NCBI GenBank assembly: GCA_050575255.1
Contig: JBNZDD010013639.1
Location: 3,199,224 to 3,263,223 of the forward strand
Source of the DNA: Harriotta raleighana
Taxonomy: Eukaryota
Reading direction: 5' to 3'
DNA: 64,000 nt
The position numbers were made by a program, and so were the translations under genes. Each line of letters begins with the position of its first letter. The stretch's first letter is position 1. Positions 1 to 13,100 of the stretch are shown here, in pieces. Under the pieces are notes generated by a model. The model saw only the letters and a list, made by a program, of their open reading frames with translations. It was not told where the DNA came from and made no database searches.

Positions 1-1483
1 GTAACTTTGCTTTTTTTTAAAAAAAGTTACTGTTCCCTTTCCCACATCTCATAAAAGTTTCCCACAAGCTTCCAACAAGAATGCAATGTTTCACTATTTG
101 AACACAACACTGGACAGAGTTTCATTTATCTTATTGTACTTTGAAAGTTGGTGCAGGAAGGCAATCTCAAACCTAACACTGAATCCAATCATACAGTGGT
201 CACTATATTCATGATACTCTCTTACTTTCTAAATTGAGACCTAAATCTAATAAACCTGATTCCCTTCAAGGCAGATCAAGATTAGTTTCCTGTTTGCACC
301 TTTAGTGACAACTTCAAAATTGTCATCTATTATTTTACTCAGTGGATTTTTAAAACATCATCGTTGCTCTCTGAAGTGAACAAAGTGTTGTGAGAATAGT
401 TCAGAGTATTTTGCTGTGATCAGAAAGAGGAAGTGAGAAATGCTGAGGTCCTCCTCAGTGAAATGAATACTTCACAAATTGAACACTTTTCTAAAGTTCA
501 AATAACTAATATGCATTGAAAAGTGTGAAATTTGTTTAGAAACCCAAGAATGTCATTTGAAATAAAAACATAAGATGAGGGAGAAGAAAATCTAAAAACC
601 CATTTCCGAAATAATCTGTATGTACTGTTAATCCTTGTTATTGTTTTTATCTTTTGCTCAATCCTATGTACAGTATTCCTATCTGGTACAAAAAACTATT
701 TGATCGTTCGTTATTTTTTAAAGTACTGTATTACAATTGGAAAAATTGGCAATTTGTGAGAGTTTGATCATTACACCTGCTAAGTATGAGACTGTGAAAT
801 GAAGCTCAGTTTGATGTGGTTCATTCTGGGCTTGTATGAGCTTGTCGTTTGCACCTGAGGGAAATAAGCATATGCCACGTGAGCTTGAGAGGAGTGACCT
901 TGGGTAGAGCTGAAAGTGGTAGCGATTTTGAAAGTAAGCAAGATACAGAGAGCATTCAATCAACTGAAATCAGACTAATGCACAAGATCATGACACCCTG
1001 TGTCATTATTTCCACTATGAAGACAAATAAAAGATTGATTTAGCAGTTCTAGCATGTCCATATCTTCAACAACTGTCTAACATATATATATATTTCAAAT
1101 AATATATATCTAACAAGTATATCAAATGCAAGGATTAATATTATATTATTATCAAATCAGCTTTAACGTGCTCATATCCTCCTTTGCAAATCTCTTTTTC
1201 TTGATGTGCTGTACAGTACTTATAAAATGTTTCAATCCACAACTGTTTGTGGGACATTGATGTGCACAATAGGCTGCAGATTTCACCCACAAAATGCAGT
1301 CAATCCGCTTTACAGTATATTTTGTGAGGCACTTTGAGATATCTCAAGGACATGATAGGGTGCTATATTAAATGCAAGGCTTATTCTAATTTTTTTTGCC
1401 AATTCTTCTGTTAAATTGTTTTTATGCTTCATTTTCCTGACTTCCTTTGTTGTCTCCTTGATCCCCAGAGTGAGCCCCCTAAT

Positions 1484-1990
1484 CATATAATCATAGAATC
1501 ATAGAATTATATGGCATAAAAGGAGGCCATTTGGCCCATCTAGTCTGTGCCGGCTCTTTGAACAGAGCAACTCAACCCCACTCCCCAGCTTTTTCCCCAT
1601 AACCTAATAGACCTATTCTTCCTAAATAAAGATCTAGTTCCCTTTTAAAAGCTGTTATGGAATCTGCCTCCACCACCTTTTCAGGCAATGCATTCCAGAT
1701 CCTGGTCTTTTCCTTACATAAGGTTCCTAATAGTTCAAGTAAACCTATCTCAAACTTACTATTGAATCCAATCATACTGTGGTCACTATATTCATGATAC
1801 TCCCTTACTTCCTAAATTGTGTCCTAAATCTTTGCCAAGATTGCGTGCCTAAAACTGAACACAATACTGTAAACAATCTCTCTCCAGCACTCTATACAAC
1901 TGCAGAAGCACCTGCCTGCTTTTATATTCCAAACCACCTCTTGTGATAAATTCAAGCGTTCCATTTCTCTTATTGACCGCTTTCTGCATG
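1484..1990 (-). mobile_element. CR1 LINE 3' fragment with an internal deletion and insertion
   Basis: (catagaat)n tail on the + strand. ORF 1572..1775 has RIWNALPEKVVEADSITAFKRELD; a second piece at ~1835-1990 encodes GLEYKSRQVLLQLYR-like sequence. Confidence 0.85.
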
Positions 1991-2114
1991 CCTGAATCTA
2001 CTATTTTGATTACTTGATTTCTCTTACAGGATACAACCTGTCTGTTAAACCCTCACATTATCAAGATCAGTAAAATACTTCCTGTGTTTCACATAATTTT
2101 CTGATCCTTTTTTA

Positions 2115-2423
2115 TAATAATAATAATAATAATCCTTGCATGTGATACAGTGCTTTTCAAATCTTAAAATACTTCATAGAATATACTGTAAAGGGAATTG
2201 ACTGTATATTTGTGCATGAAACACGGAAGCCAATTGCGCACAGGAGTGTCCCCACAAACAGTTGTGGATTGAAGTGAAAAAGTTATTGGATTTTTTTCTT
2301 GAGTGATTATTATCAGGAATGTGGAGTAAGGAAACTTGCCCAACGCGTCACCCTGTTGGGAATCAAACCCAGGTCTCTTATTTGTAAGGCAAGTGCTCTA
2401 ACTACTGAGCGACAGGATTTCAC
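2115..2423 (-). mobile_element. tRNA-derived SINE (DeuSINE/EshSINE1-like), full length
   Basis: Reverse complement of the gtagctcagt..gttagagcacttgccttacaa head, the tgtgcgcaattggct core and the atgcaagg(att)n tail. Confidence 0.85.
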
Positions 2424-2959
2424 TAAAGACATGAAGCAGGCCAGTAATCGCTGAGCAACGAGAATGACCAAGTTGAACTTTAGAGTTGAAGGAGATCAAC
2501 TTTATTTCTACCTGTATACGGATTCTGTTTGTGTACACTACTTATTTAGATTCCCCCTTTCTAGTGCCATGATAGTGATCACTTCTGCCCATTTTCTCAT
2601 CTCTTTCCAAAAACCATTCTATTCTATTTTCTATTTTTCAGGCATCAACCTTGCCAACCTTCACACAGGTTTTTATAATTGCTATTGTGTTTGCAGTTAC
2701 TCAATTTTATTTGTCTTTATAATAATGTGAAATACCTGGATGATAATGCCAGTGATTGATGTTGCAAGATGAATTACATGATACAACTGGCTCAATGAAA
2801 AGGAGACGTATTCTACATTCAGATTCTTACTCGTAAATCACACTTTTTTAAAACTATTCATGCCACATTTTATAATATTCAACACAACTAACATTTATAC
2901 AATGTCAATCATCTTCAGTGGCTGCATCAAAGCAATTTACAGTGTGGTAAGGGTACCCA

Positions 2960-3420
2960 AGTGGGGGGGGGGGAGGGTGGTGGAGTTGCCTGTGGTAGAT
3001 GTGGAAGAGAAGATGGCCAAAAGCACAGTCAAAGAAGGGAGGGGAAGGGAGAGTCAGAGGGACTTCATGATGGAATTCAATCGAGTGGGGCAAGAAGCCT
3101 GGAAGCCTGTCCATTGAAGGTGGGGCGGATAGGGCGGAAAACATGAAGTCGGCCAGTGCTTGCTGAGCGAAGGGAATGAACGAGTTGAACTTTAGAGTTG
3201 AAGCAGATTAACTTTAGAGTTGAAGGAGCTTGCAGAGTAGTTTGTAGGGTGGGGTGAGAACCTGGAAAGATATACAGGTGAGAATGGGGATCTTGAATTG
3301 GATCCACTGGGGGCTGGGGAACCAATGGAATTGAATGAGGATCAGCGTGATAGCCGCACGGAGTCTAGTTGGGAGAGGACACAAGCTGCAGAGCTATGGA
3401 TAGTCTGCAGCTTGTGTGGG
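2960..3420 (-). mobile_element. Degenerate L2 LINE 3' fragment
   Basis: Similar to the reverse complement of the L2 copies at 26876 and 35398 (cagtcaaagaaggga, cttgaattggatcc). Confidence 0.65.
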
Positions 3421-4159
3421 GAATATTAATGGGAAAAAATAAAGGCCATGCGACAGAGAGCAATGATCTGCAGAAATGTACACCACTGACCTATTAAGCT
3501 CCCGTCAGAAGCCATGTATTTTTTCACACACCATTGCTTTCAACTCATGTCCTCTGATTAGATCACTTGGATATTTTATTTTTATAAACGGGAATAGGCA
3601 AGTACAGTACTGTATTTATTTAAAAGGACACTGCCGAGAGCAATCTTGTGACATCCAGCAAGTGCATAGGATTGCTTTATGACCTAATTTGAGCATATGT
3701 TTTATGAAAAGTTCAAGTTGACTCAAAGTTTAATATTCCAATTGTACCACAGAATGCCACCTTTGAATAATAATGTGCAGATGAGTAAACTCAGCTTTAT
3801 GTAGGGAAGAGAAATAATAACCAAATGAGAAACGTTGTTGCATTTATTCAGTCATCTTCCTTTAACACAAACTCTTCATTTCTTCATTCAGCTCTCGTAC
3901 TGTGTGCAGTCATGACAGACATCGCCTGATAATGCATTGCGTAAAAAATTGAGTTCTTCAAATATTGGCTGGGCATGAGACAGTATTGTAATCAAAGGGG
4001 ATTTGAAAATTGGAACAGACCCCTTCAATTTTAAAAGCTTTGATTTTGTGCTTGGGCACTGTTCATAAAGCAGTTCGGACCCAACCATGCGTGAGAACTG
4101 CCATATAATAACAACAACAAAATTACATTGAATAACAAATGCAAGCTGTTAGAATAAAA

Positions 4160-4398
4160 CAATAATCCTTGCATTTGATATAATGCTTTTCATGATTTCT
4201 AGACATCTCAAAGTGATTTGACTGTATATTTCTGGGTGAAGCATGGCAGCCAACTGCGCACCCCAGTGCACCCCACAAACAATCATGGATTGAACAATTT
4301 GTATTGTTTTTTTGAGGGATTACTATCAGCATGTAGAGTAACAAAAGTTCCGCAAGGTTTCACTCTGTCAGGAACCAAACTGAGCTACAGGACTTCAC
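4160..4398 (-). mobile_element. tRNA-derived SINE
   Basis: aatccttgcatttgatat ... ctgagctacagga, same family as 2115. Confidence 0.8.
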
Positions 4399-5789
4399 AC
4401 AGAGTTGTTGTTGTTGTTGTTAACATGAAAGACATAAGACATTTCTAGTGATCATACTGCTAAGAACCACAGATTTGGGGGTTGGTGCATGATAAGTTAT
4501 TGCCCTGAAAATGTCCAGGGCCTCTCAATTCAAGGAGGTAACAGATTTATTTACTTTCTTTTTATATAACAGAATGATTATGTACATGTTAACTGTACAG
4601 TCAATTTTCCTACTTTCCTTCCCCTGACCCCTCCTCTACTGCTCTGATCCCTACTTGATTGTTCAGCACCTTGGGACGTCCTTCCAACGTGAAAGGCGCT
4701 ATAAAATGTAATTATTGATTGATTGATTGATTTGATTATGATTAGTATATATTTTTGAAAAAATCCCTTCCCTCTAATGACAATAGTTATTTTTAGCATC
4801 ATTATAACAAAACTAACACAAAAAAGGACAAACTGTCAGTGGCAGAGCAGAACTGATCAAAAAAAATGAAAGTGGAGTCGGGATTTTAATTCTGCATATA
4901 GTCCCTACTTCAAAAAAAAATTAAAAAATTGGTAATTTTCAATCCATGGCTGTTTGTGGGTCACTGCTGTGTGCAATTGGCTGCCCCGTTTTACTCACAA
5001 ATATACAGTCAATTCACTTTACAGTATATTCTGTGAAGAACTTTGAGGTGTCTAGAAGTCATCAAAAGCGCGATATCAAATCCAAGGATTATTATTATTT
5101 ATTCCATATAACAACTTCATATAAAATTGACAATGTAAAATATCTGCTTTCTATCTTTGCAGCTGTATCTTTACTTTTCTTCACTTCTTTCTATTCTATT
5201 TTAGAGTGCTCAAGAGCTACACTACTCTAAGCCTTGTGCAGTGAAAATTTCCCTTCATCTCTTCACACACAATCGACAGAAAACAGGCTGTTCATAACCA
5301 CTATCAGTCTGAAACACAACTAAAAAACAGCTGAACTACTGAATCAATCAATATTCCAAACATATACATTTTTTTAAATTTCAAATCAATTTGAATCAAT
5401 CAGAAATGTCAAGCTAAAATGCAGTAAAGCTTACAATTTGCCTAGACTCAGAACATAATAATAACTGCCGTCAACCTTTCTTCACATGAAGGTCTGCAAA
5501 TTTTGAGGTGGATTTCCCAGATGACTCAATGCATCACATTCTGTAGTATTGCCTAATTAACATTTTATATTAAATATTAGCATTCAAATCACCATCCTTT
5601 TTTGATTGAGTCAATAATTTAGGTTTGTCATGTCTTAGATTTAAAATGCAAATACCACTCCTCTGTATTTTTCCAAAAGAAGTGAGGAGTCTTTCCTCTC
5701 CTGGTTTATATTCTCTTTTCATCCAAATTCATGACACAGATTTCAATTAATTGGCTACTCATTCCTCCACTTAACATTGGCTTAGCCCA

Positions 5790-6960
5790 ATCGAGCATCC
5801 GTGCTGTGGGCTCTCTGCCTTCACCTTTGACTCCAAGGCCACTGTTACCCTGACAGAATGTCTATCAGACATCAAGTCCTGGATGAGAGCTGACTTTCTA
5901 CAGTTGAACCTCAACAAGACTGAGAACCTCCTGACTGGCTCCTGACAGCGCCTCCACACCTCAGGTACTGACAGCATCACCAGCCATGGATGCACTTTCC
6001 ACCTCATTGAGCCAGTCCGAAATCTGGGCTTCTTGTTTGATCCTCTACTGTCTTTTCTCTTCACATCTGTGCCATGACCTTCTCTATCTTCCCCCCACCT
6101 CCACAGCAGCTCCCAACTCTGCCATTGCCTCATCCCTCAAGCCACTGAAAGCCTCATTCATGCGTTCATTACATCTTGTCTCTTTTATACCTAACTCCTG
6201 CTTATCAGCCTTCCCAATACTTCCCTCCACATGCTGTAGATAATTGAGCACTTTGCAGCACCTGGCTCCGTGACCCCATCACCTCCTTCTGGCTCCACCG
6301 CCTCCCCATCCCTTATAGCAGTGTTTCTCAACCTTTTTGATGCAGGGGACCGGCTGGCTATCTAAACTGAGTGGATCTCTTTTAAGGTCCTGGTCATTTT
6401 TGTCTATTTTTTACTGCTAGATTTGTGCATATAAGCTTGAAATTAAATGAAAGTGCAGACACTGGGGTTTAATTAAATTGAATAATCTGAAACTCACTAT
6501 TTAGTACAGATAACAATAAAAAATGTTTTTTTTCCTGCTGTAATTTAACATTTTTGACAAAACCTTTGACATGAAGGTTTTTCTCTAATCTCACACGGAC
6601 CGGCGAAGATGCTGCTGCGGACCAGCACCGGTTAATGGACTGGTTGTTGAGAAATACTGCCTTAAGAGGATCGAGTTCAAAATCCTCGTCGTTGCCTTCA
6701 AAACCCTCCGCAGCCTTGTCCTTCCTACCTCAGTAACCTGCTAACTCCTCATCAACCTGTCCGCTCTCTTCTCTCAGCAGGCTCTGGCCTGCTCCACATC
6801 CCTCACTCAGCCTGCCCAATCTTTGGTAGTTGAGCCTTCAGCCTCTGTGCCTCCATCTTTTGGAATTCCATCCCACATTCCCTTCACCTCGCTTTCTCCC
6901 TCGCCTCCTTCAAGGCATGTGTCCAGACCTTCCTTCGGCCACCCTCCTACCTTTCCTGAT
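5790..6960 (+). mobile_element. L2 LINE 3' portion (decayed RT C-terminus) interrupted by a hAT MITE
   Basis: CLSDIKSWMRADFLQLNLNKTE-like coding remnants; gaggatcgagttcaaaatcctc resumes after 6660. Confidence 0.8.
6319..6659. mobile_element. hAT/Charlie-like MITE
   Basis: TIRs cagtgtttctcaac ... gttgagaaatactg; degenerate 8-bp TSD ccttatag/ccttaaga. Confidence 0.8.
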
Positions 6961-7243
6961 CGAAAAACGTCTGCTGGAAAATTCAATTAGAATCTGACTT
7001 GGATGCATTGCCACTTGTGGTTGAACAGTCTGACTATGATCATTGTACTCATGCTCATACTCAAGAGGATCCACTTGGGTGAGGTAATGAAACTCTGCAG
7101 CTGCTGGTGGAGCTCTGCGCATACTGAATCACTGTCCTTGTGAAAGAATAGGAGAGCGCAGGGGGAAGGAGAGTCAATCATGGCTTGAGTGATCAGATGT
7201 CCATCACTAAAACTCACCTCTAACGTGAATAAAATTCATACCT

Positions 7244-7380
7244 AGACATAAGAAGTAGTAGCAAGAGTAGGCCATTCGGACCCTTGAGCCTGCCCCACCT
7301 TTTAATAAGATCATGGCTGATCTTCTATCCTAATTTCATTTACCTGTCTTATCCTTATATCCATTAATCCCTTTAGCTTT
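7244..7380 (-). mobile_element. CR1 3' UTR fragment
   Basis: acataagaagtag..gagtaggccattcgg..aataagatcatggctgatct, the same as 11091-11220. Confidence 0.8.
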
Positions 7381-7675
7381 TTTAAAAAAAAGCTCAGAAA
7401 AGCAACTTCTACAAACAAGGGCACTAAGACAAGGAGGTGTGTGTGCTTGTTCATGCTATTAGTCAATGCCAGAAAGAAAGGAACTTGCTACGTGTATCTT
7501 GGGAAATATTCATCTGTGGATGTGTCAGAGAGTAGTTAACATTTTCCGCCAACTGTGATGATTTCCATAAACGGTAGACAGAAGCATTAATTACACGAAA
7601 GACTGCACCAAGTCTGCATTGTTTTCTTTCAGCAGATATACTGTCATGAGAGAGTGTGCACTGTTATAAAATTAC

Positions 7676-7734
7676 CTCACTTCATCCACTAGGCTATTCA
7701 TGTCGGTGAGAAGATGCTGGTTTTCCTGTTCAAA
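7676..7734 (-). CDS. STX18: Syntaxin 18 exon 8 (59 bp; FEQENQHLLTDMNSLVDEVR, start of SNARE region)
   Basis: Resembles FEQENQRLIGEMNSLFDEVR. cccggcag acceptor, gtaatt donor; phase 0/2. Confidence 0.95.
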
Positions 7735-8467
7735 CTGCCGGGAGGAAAGCATCGCAGCATTAGCAATCTCACAAAATGCAAAACATGAATATTCATAACA
7801 TAATTACACTATATCATTTGATATATATTGCCTATCAGATACAGAACTGAAAGCACACAAATCACTTTGCTTGTGTGCAAGAGGTTTCACAAATAAAAAA
7901 GAAATGATATTTTTGCAATAATTTAAATAGGTAGTAGTCAGTCATTCACATACAATAGGCATTTAGTATTCAAGACATGATAAGATCTGACACACAAGTA
8001 TTCTGCCAAGTACACCAATCCAACTCTTCTCTAGTAAACATTGCAGAGCATAGCTTTTCCCCCGCTCCGATTAATGCAGACCCCAATTTTGTTTCTCCAA
8101 ATGCTGATGTTATCTAATCTGGAGTACAGAAGATCCTGGTGGCTCAGTGTGAAACAAAACCTCACTCAGTTTGTGTAATTTTTGGTCAGCCGGGTCCCTA
8201 ACATACGTGGAAATCCATCATCATGTATTAAGAATATCCAAATCAGATAGATACCACATACATATAATAATAATAATAATAACAATCATAATCCTTGCAT
8301 TTGATATAAATGTAACCTTTATATGCATATTTGTCTGTGTCTGGAATGGAATGGGCACTTTCTCTCTCTGATCACAGAGAGTATGTTTTCATTTAGCCAA
8401 AAGTAGAGATAATATACTAGTGCAGTGTATCATCAATTGACAGTTGCTTCTCAGTTTCCATATCCTT

Positions 8468-8761
8468 GTGGAGACCTGTAGCTCAGCGCTTAGAGAACTC
8501 GCCTCACAAGTGAGAGACTTTGGGTTTGATTCCCGGCAGGGCGAAATGTTGGGCAAATTTCCTTACACCACATGCCTAATATAATCCCTCAAGATAAGAA
8601 AAACGAATTGGTCATTTCAATCCACAACTGTGTGTGGACACCGCTGTGCGCAATCAGCCCACAAATAAACAGTCAATTCACTTCACAGTATATTCTGAAA
8701 AGTGGTTTGAGATGTTTAGAAGATGTGAAAAGCGCTATATCAAATGCAAGGATTATTATTT
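8468..8761 (+). mobile_element. tRNA-derived SINE, full length (short subfamily)
   Basis: A-box tagctcagcgctt, B-box-like ggtttgattccc, Deu-like core, and gtgaaaagcgctatatcaaatgcaagg(att)n tail. Confidence 0.88.
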
Positions 8762-8771
8762 TTTATGTATA

Positions 8772-9149
8772 CAGTAAAACCTTGTTCATCCGTGACCCGA
8801 TCAACCGTAACCCGATTCAATTGCTCGACCCCCTCCCGGGGCAATTCCCCATTCCAGAATCGCGAGTTTGCTTACTTTGTGCATGCGTGCAATGCGTGCG
8901 TATGCGCACTTAGTAAACTTACGTACTTGGGGTTTTTTACCGATCGGTAAAAAATGCTGTTTTACAGATTTTTTCCTGACTGTGCTGGAATGCTTTATTG
9001 GTAAGTATCCACACAATATTCTGTTACTATGTAGTCTATTATTAACATGGTATTTTTTATGTTGGGTTTTCGGCGACTTGTCCCCCGTTTATCCGGCAGA
9101 GTCAATTAGTCGACCCCCCTGAGTGCGCCGGATAAATGAGGTTTTACTG
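8772..9149. mobile_element. TcMar/Tigger-like MITE
   Basis: TA TSD on both sides; TIR cagtaaaaccttgttcatccg ... cggataaatgaggttttactg. Confidence 0.85.
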
Positions 9150-9950
9150 TATTCTATTTGTCTCCTACATTTTCTTCTATTATTATATTCTTCAATTCAT
9201 TGAATTACAGAATGTTTGCAGGACGAAGAAGGCCATTTTGGCCCATTGTGTCTGTGCTGATGCTAACTCTCCTACTACTTCTATCCTGATCTTTCCCATA
9301 TAGCCTACAAATATTTGTTCAATTCTCTTTTAATTGCTGTTATTCTGGTCTATAATGTGCCTTGTGTAAACTGTGGGCAAACATATATGCCTGAGGTGTT
9401 CTTAAATATGTAGTTTACACCCAATGAAAATTGTTTATTTACATACTCAATAAATCCCTCTTATTGAGTTTTAATTATATAACATACTGCACACTGCATA
9501 CATCCGATTACACATGACATTTGATAGAACACAGCAACTCAGCTTCAACAACTATTTGTAGTAAAGCATTCACATTCTAAAAGCCCTCTATGTAAAAATA
9601 ATTCTTCCAACCTCCTTTTTTTCATCAGATAATAATTCTTAATATCATGTCCTCTTCTGGTTTACAAGAAAATTGTCCCAACTTTTCACATGCCTCCACA
9701 CTACGATAGATCTTCCAACAATGGTAACTGTCAATTGTGAATTGTTAAGAGCTTCAGCTCACTGCCACCACCATCAACAACAACTTGCATTTATATAGTG
9801 CCCTGGGGGTAGGATCCCAGAGCTCTTGACAGTGATGGAGTCTGACCACGGAGTCATCATTCATAACATAGAAACTTAGGCTTTGCAAAATATTAATGTA
9901 CAAGTATTTTTGTTAGTATGATTGAAGAGTACAACAAGTAGTGTAATTAC

Positions 9951-10039
9951 CATTTGAATTTCCTCTGGCGAAAGCTCATCTTCCCATTTGCTATCTTCCC
10001 AAAGACTTGAATTATCTTGCACCTCTGGTATGCTTTTAT
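9951..10039 (-). CDS. STX18: Syntaxin 18 exon 7 (89 bp; DKSIPEVQDNSSLWEDSKWEDELSPEEIQM)
   Basis: Contains the EDELSPEEIQM motif. aagcag acceptor, gtaatt donor; phase 1/0. Confidence 0.95.
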
Positions 10040-11090
10040 CTGCTTAGAAAGACATGCACAATTGCAACAATTTTAACAGCCGTTCCATTTTAGAACAAGT
10101 AAACACACAGCTGAAGCATACAGAGGGCAAACATTGCAATCCCTGCTAAGACAATTCTGAAGAAAACAAACCTTTCATCTCAAGTGTACTTTTAAAGACT
10201 AAAACAAAATAACACTTGTAAACTGGAAAACTGTAAACATTCAGCTTGCATGGAGTATCTATCTGTCATTCTAGTATATCCAAGGCCAGACATGGGAAAA
10301 GCATCTTAGTCTCAGCTGGGAAAGCGTGAAAAGAGAAATGTCAATTTTATCCTTTTGGGACATCGAGGACATAACTTCAATCTCAGATACTATATAACTA
10401 TACACGGACAAATTTCACCCCCATTTCTACCCCAGAAGAAAGGGTCTAAAAGATTCTCACTGCCACGATAGGATATCAAGTGAAACACACTTCACTGGTT
10501 GATTATTGTTCAGTCTGAGCAGCTCAGGAACTATACAAGATTTAATTATCACTAACTACTATTATCCTTAACTCTAACCTAAACCAAACGTTCAGCCAAA
10601 CATTTTTATCTGTGTAAAAGAAGGTGTTGATTACTACGGCATGAAGTGTTTAGCAGGGAGTCCATTCCATATCCTGTGGCTGGATGGGGGGGATGAAATT
10701 TCTTCACTCATGCTGGAGGCTTGTTAATTCTATCCTCATACCCTCCAGATTGGTGCTTATAATCTACATTAAATAACTTGCTGGCAACTAGACAATCAAT
10801 ATTTTATACAGCTGGTGCATGTTATCATTTAAATGTCTTTTCTCTAATGAAAATAGGTTGCTCCATGACTGTTTCCTTGTAAGGTAAGAACTACATGGAA
10901 TTAACATGGTCAATTCTCCTTTGCTGAACCTATTACAAATTACATTACATACACATTAGGATGTGAAGGCAGAGTGCCAACTACACAGGATATAGTAGTT
11001 GATAACAACTTGCATGTATATCTAGCACCATTTAAGTAAACAAAACTTCTCAAAACATTGAACAATAGGTGTTTAATGTTTAGAAAATAA

Positions 11091-12162
11091 GAACATAAGA
11101 ATTAGGAGCAGGAGTAGGACATTCGGCCCTTCGAGCCTGCCCCGCCATTCAATAAGATCATGGCTGATCTTCTGACCTAACTCTAATTACCTGCCCTATC
11201 CCCATATCCCCTAATCCCTCTATTTTAAAAAAATCTATCAGTCTCAGCCTTGAAAATGTTCAAGGACTGAGCATCTATAGTCTTCTGGGGTAGTGAATTC
11301 CATAAATTCACTACCCTCTGAGTGAAGAAATGTTTCCTCAACTCTGTTCCAAAAGGTTGACCTTTAATTTTAAGACCGTGACCCCTGGTTATAGATTCTC
11401 CTACCAGGGGAAACAGTCCCTCAGTGTCTACTTTATCCAGCCCTTTAAGAATCTTATATGTTTCAATAAGGGCCCCGCTAATTCTTCTGTACTCTAGAGA
11501 ATACAGCCCTAGTTTATTCAACCTATCCTCATAGGTCAGTCCACTCATCCCAGGAACTAACCCCCTCTAAGGCAAGTATGTTCTTTTTGAAATAAGGAGA
11601 CCAAAACTGCACACAATACTCCAGGTGCGGTCTCACCAAAGCCCTATACAGTTGCAGCAAGACTTCTCTACTCTTGTACTCTAAACCTTCTTTACTTAAA
11701 TGGTGCTCTAAACCTTTTGAAATTAACTCTAGCATGCCGTTCGCCTTCTTAGTTCGCCTTCTACACCCGCAAACTAACTTTTTGAGACTGGTGTACAAGG
11801 ACACCCAATTCCCTTTGAATGCTAACGCCATCTAACCTCTCTCCCTCTACAAAATAATCTTTTTATTATTGCTACCTATGTGAATAACTTCATATTTGCC
11901 AACATTAAATTCCATCTGCCACCTACTTGCCCACTCCCCTAGCCTATCTTTATCTTGTTGCAATCCTTTTGCATCATCCTCAGAGCTTACTCTCCTACCT
12001 AGTTTAGTGTCATCCGCGAATTTAGACACATTACATTCAATGTCCTCATCCAGATCATTGATGTAAATAGTAAATAGCTGAGGCCCAAGCACTGATCCTT
12101 GTGCCACTCCACTAGTTACATCCTGCCAATTCGAGAATGACCTGTTTATCCCTACTCTCTGT
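11091..12162 (-). mobile_element. CR1 LINE, 5'-truncated (~1.07 kb), frameshifted RT ORF
   Basis: ORFs 11847..12221 (SGVAQGSVLGPQLFTIYINDL, KFADDTKL), 11529..11831 (LYRALVRPHLEYCVQFWSP) and 11225..11548 (FFTQRVVNLWNSLP); (aagaacat)n tail. Confidence 0.95.
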
Positions 12163-12321
12163 ACCACTAGTTCACACGAAAAATGTGTGGACAAGTGGTA
12201 CAGTATTTCCACTGAGAACACCCACGTGAATATGAGACTATGGGGACGTCTGTCAAAATGCTATTCACCCATCCCTACTTTGTAAAGTAGACTGAAAACA
12301 CTCTTCAGCATCTTTGTTTGG

Positions 12322-12645
12322 CAATAATAATAATAGTAATAATCATTGTATTTGATATAGAACTTTTCACGTCTTCTAGACGTCCCAAAGCACTTCCCAG
12401 AATATACTGTAAAGTGAATTGACTGCATTTGTGGGTGAAACGAGGTAGCCAATTGCGCACAACTGTGTCCCACAAACAGTCGTGGATTAAAATGACCAAT
12501 TTTTTATTATTGTGGGGAGTTTTTGGACGGATTGTTATTAGGCGTAGGCATGGAATAAGGAAACTTGCCCAACGTTTCATCCTGATTTGCCTGGATTCGA
12601 ACATAGGTCTCACGTAAAGTGAATGCTCTAGCCACTGAGCTACAA
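12322..12645 (-). mobile_element. tRNA-derived SINE, full length
   Basis: Reverse complement match to the 33071 copy. Confidence 0.88.
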
Positions 12646-12877
12646 TAGGTGAAAATTGGCAGGTAGAAGGGCGCAAGATGTGATCAAGGTTGAAAGGGAT
12701 GGGTGACGAGATGCTATGAATCAAGAACTGATTTGGTGCACCAGGTTGGATATCTAAAAACACAATAATATGCATAAGTCACAAAGTCATGAAAGACTCA
12801 ACTAAAAATGTATTCACAGTTCAAACTAATGCAACCTAAAAGTACCAGTAAATGTAAAACTAAGCAACAAAGCTATC

Positions 12878-13100
12878 AACAACAATGTGCATTTATATAG
12901 CTCTCCTCATGCAGGGTAGCGTCTCAGAGCGCTTGACTGTGGTGGAGTACGACTCTGAGCCGAGCAGGGGGGAGATGACATGGGGTAGGCACGGTCGAAT
13001 AGGAAGGTCTTCAGGCATGGCCTGAAAAGGGGGCAGTAGGGGCAAGGCGGAGGTAGGGACAAGGCGGAGGAATAGAGAAAGAGTGTTCCAGAGGTCCATC
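12878..13100 (-). mobile_element. L2 3' end (family with gcgctctgagacgctaccctgcatgagg tail)
   Basis: (caa)n tail followed by a stem-loop; ORF 12893..13102 LWNTLSLFLRL resembles the L2 C-terminus. Confidence 0.75.

Noticed and set aside
1-7675. STX18 exons 9-11
   Set aside because: I found no QIEGxVVEISRLQEIF-like exon by eye; they are probably outside the window.
11225-12221. RT ORFs as an active or novel reverse transcriptase system
   Set aside because: Ordinary truncated CR1 broken into three frames, with no endonuclease or ORF1.
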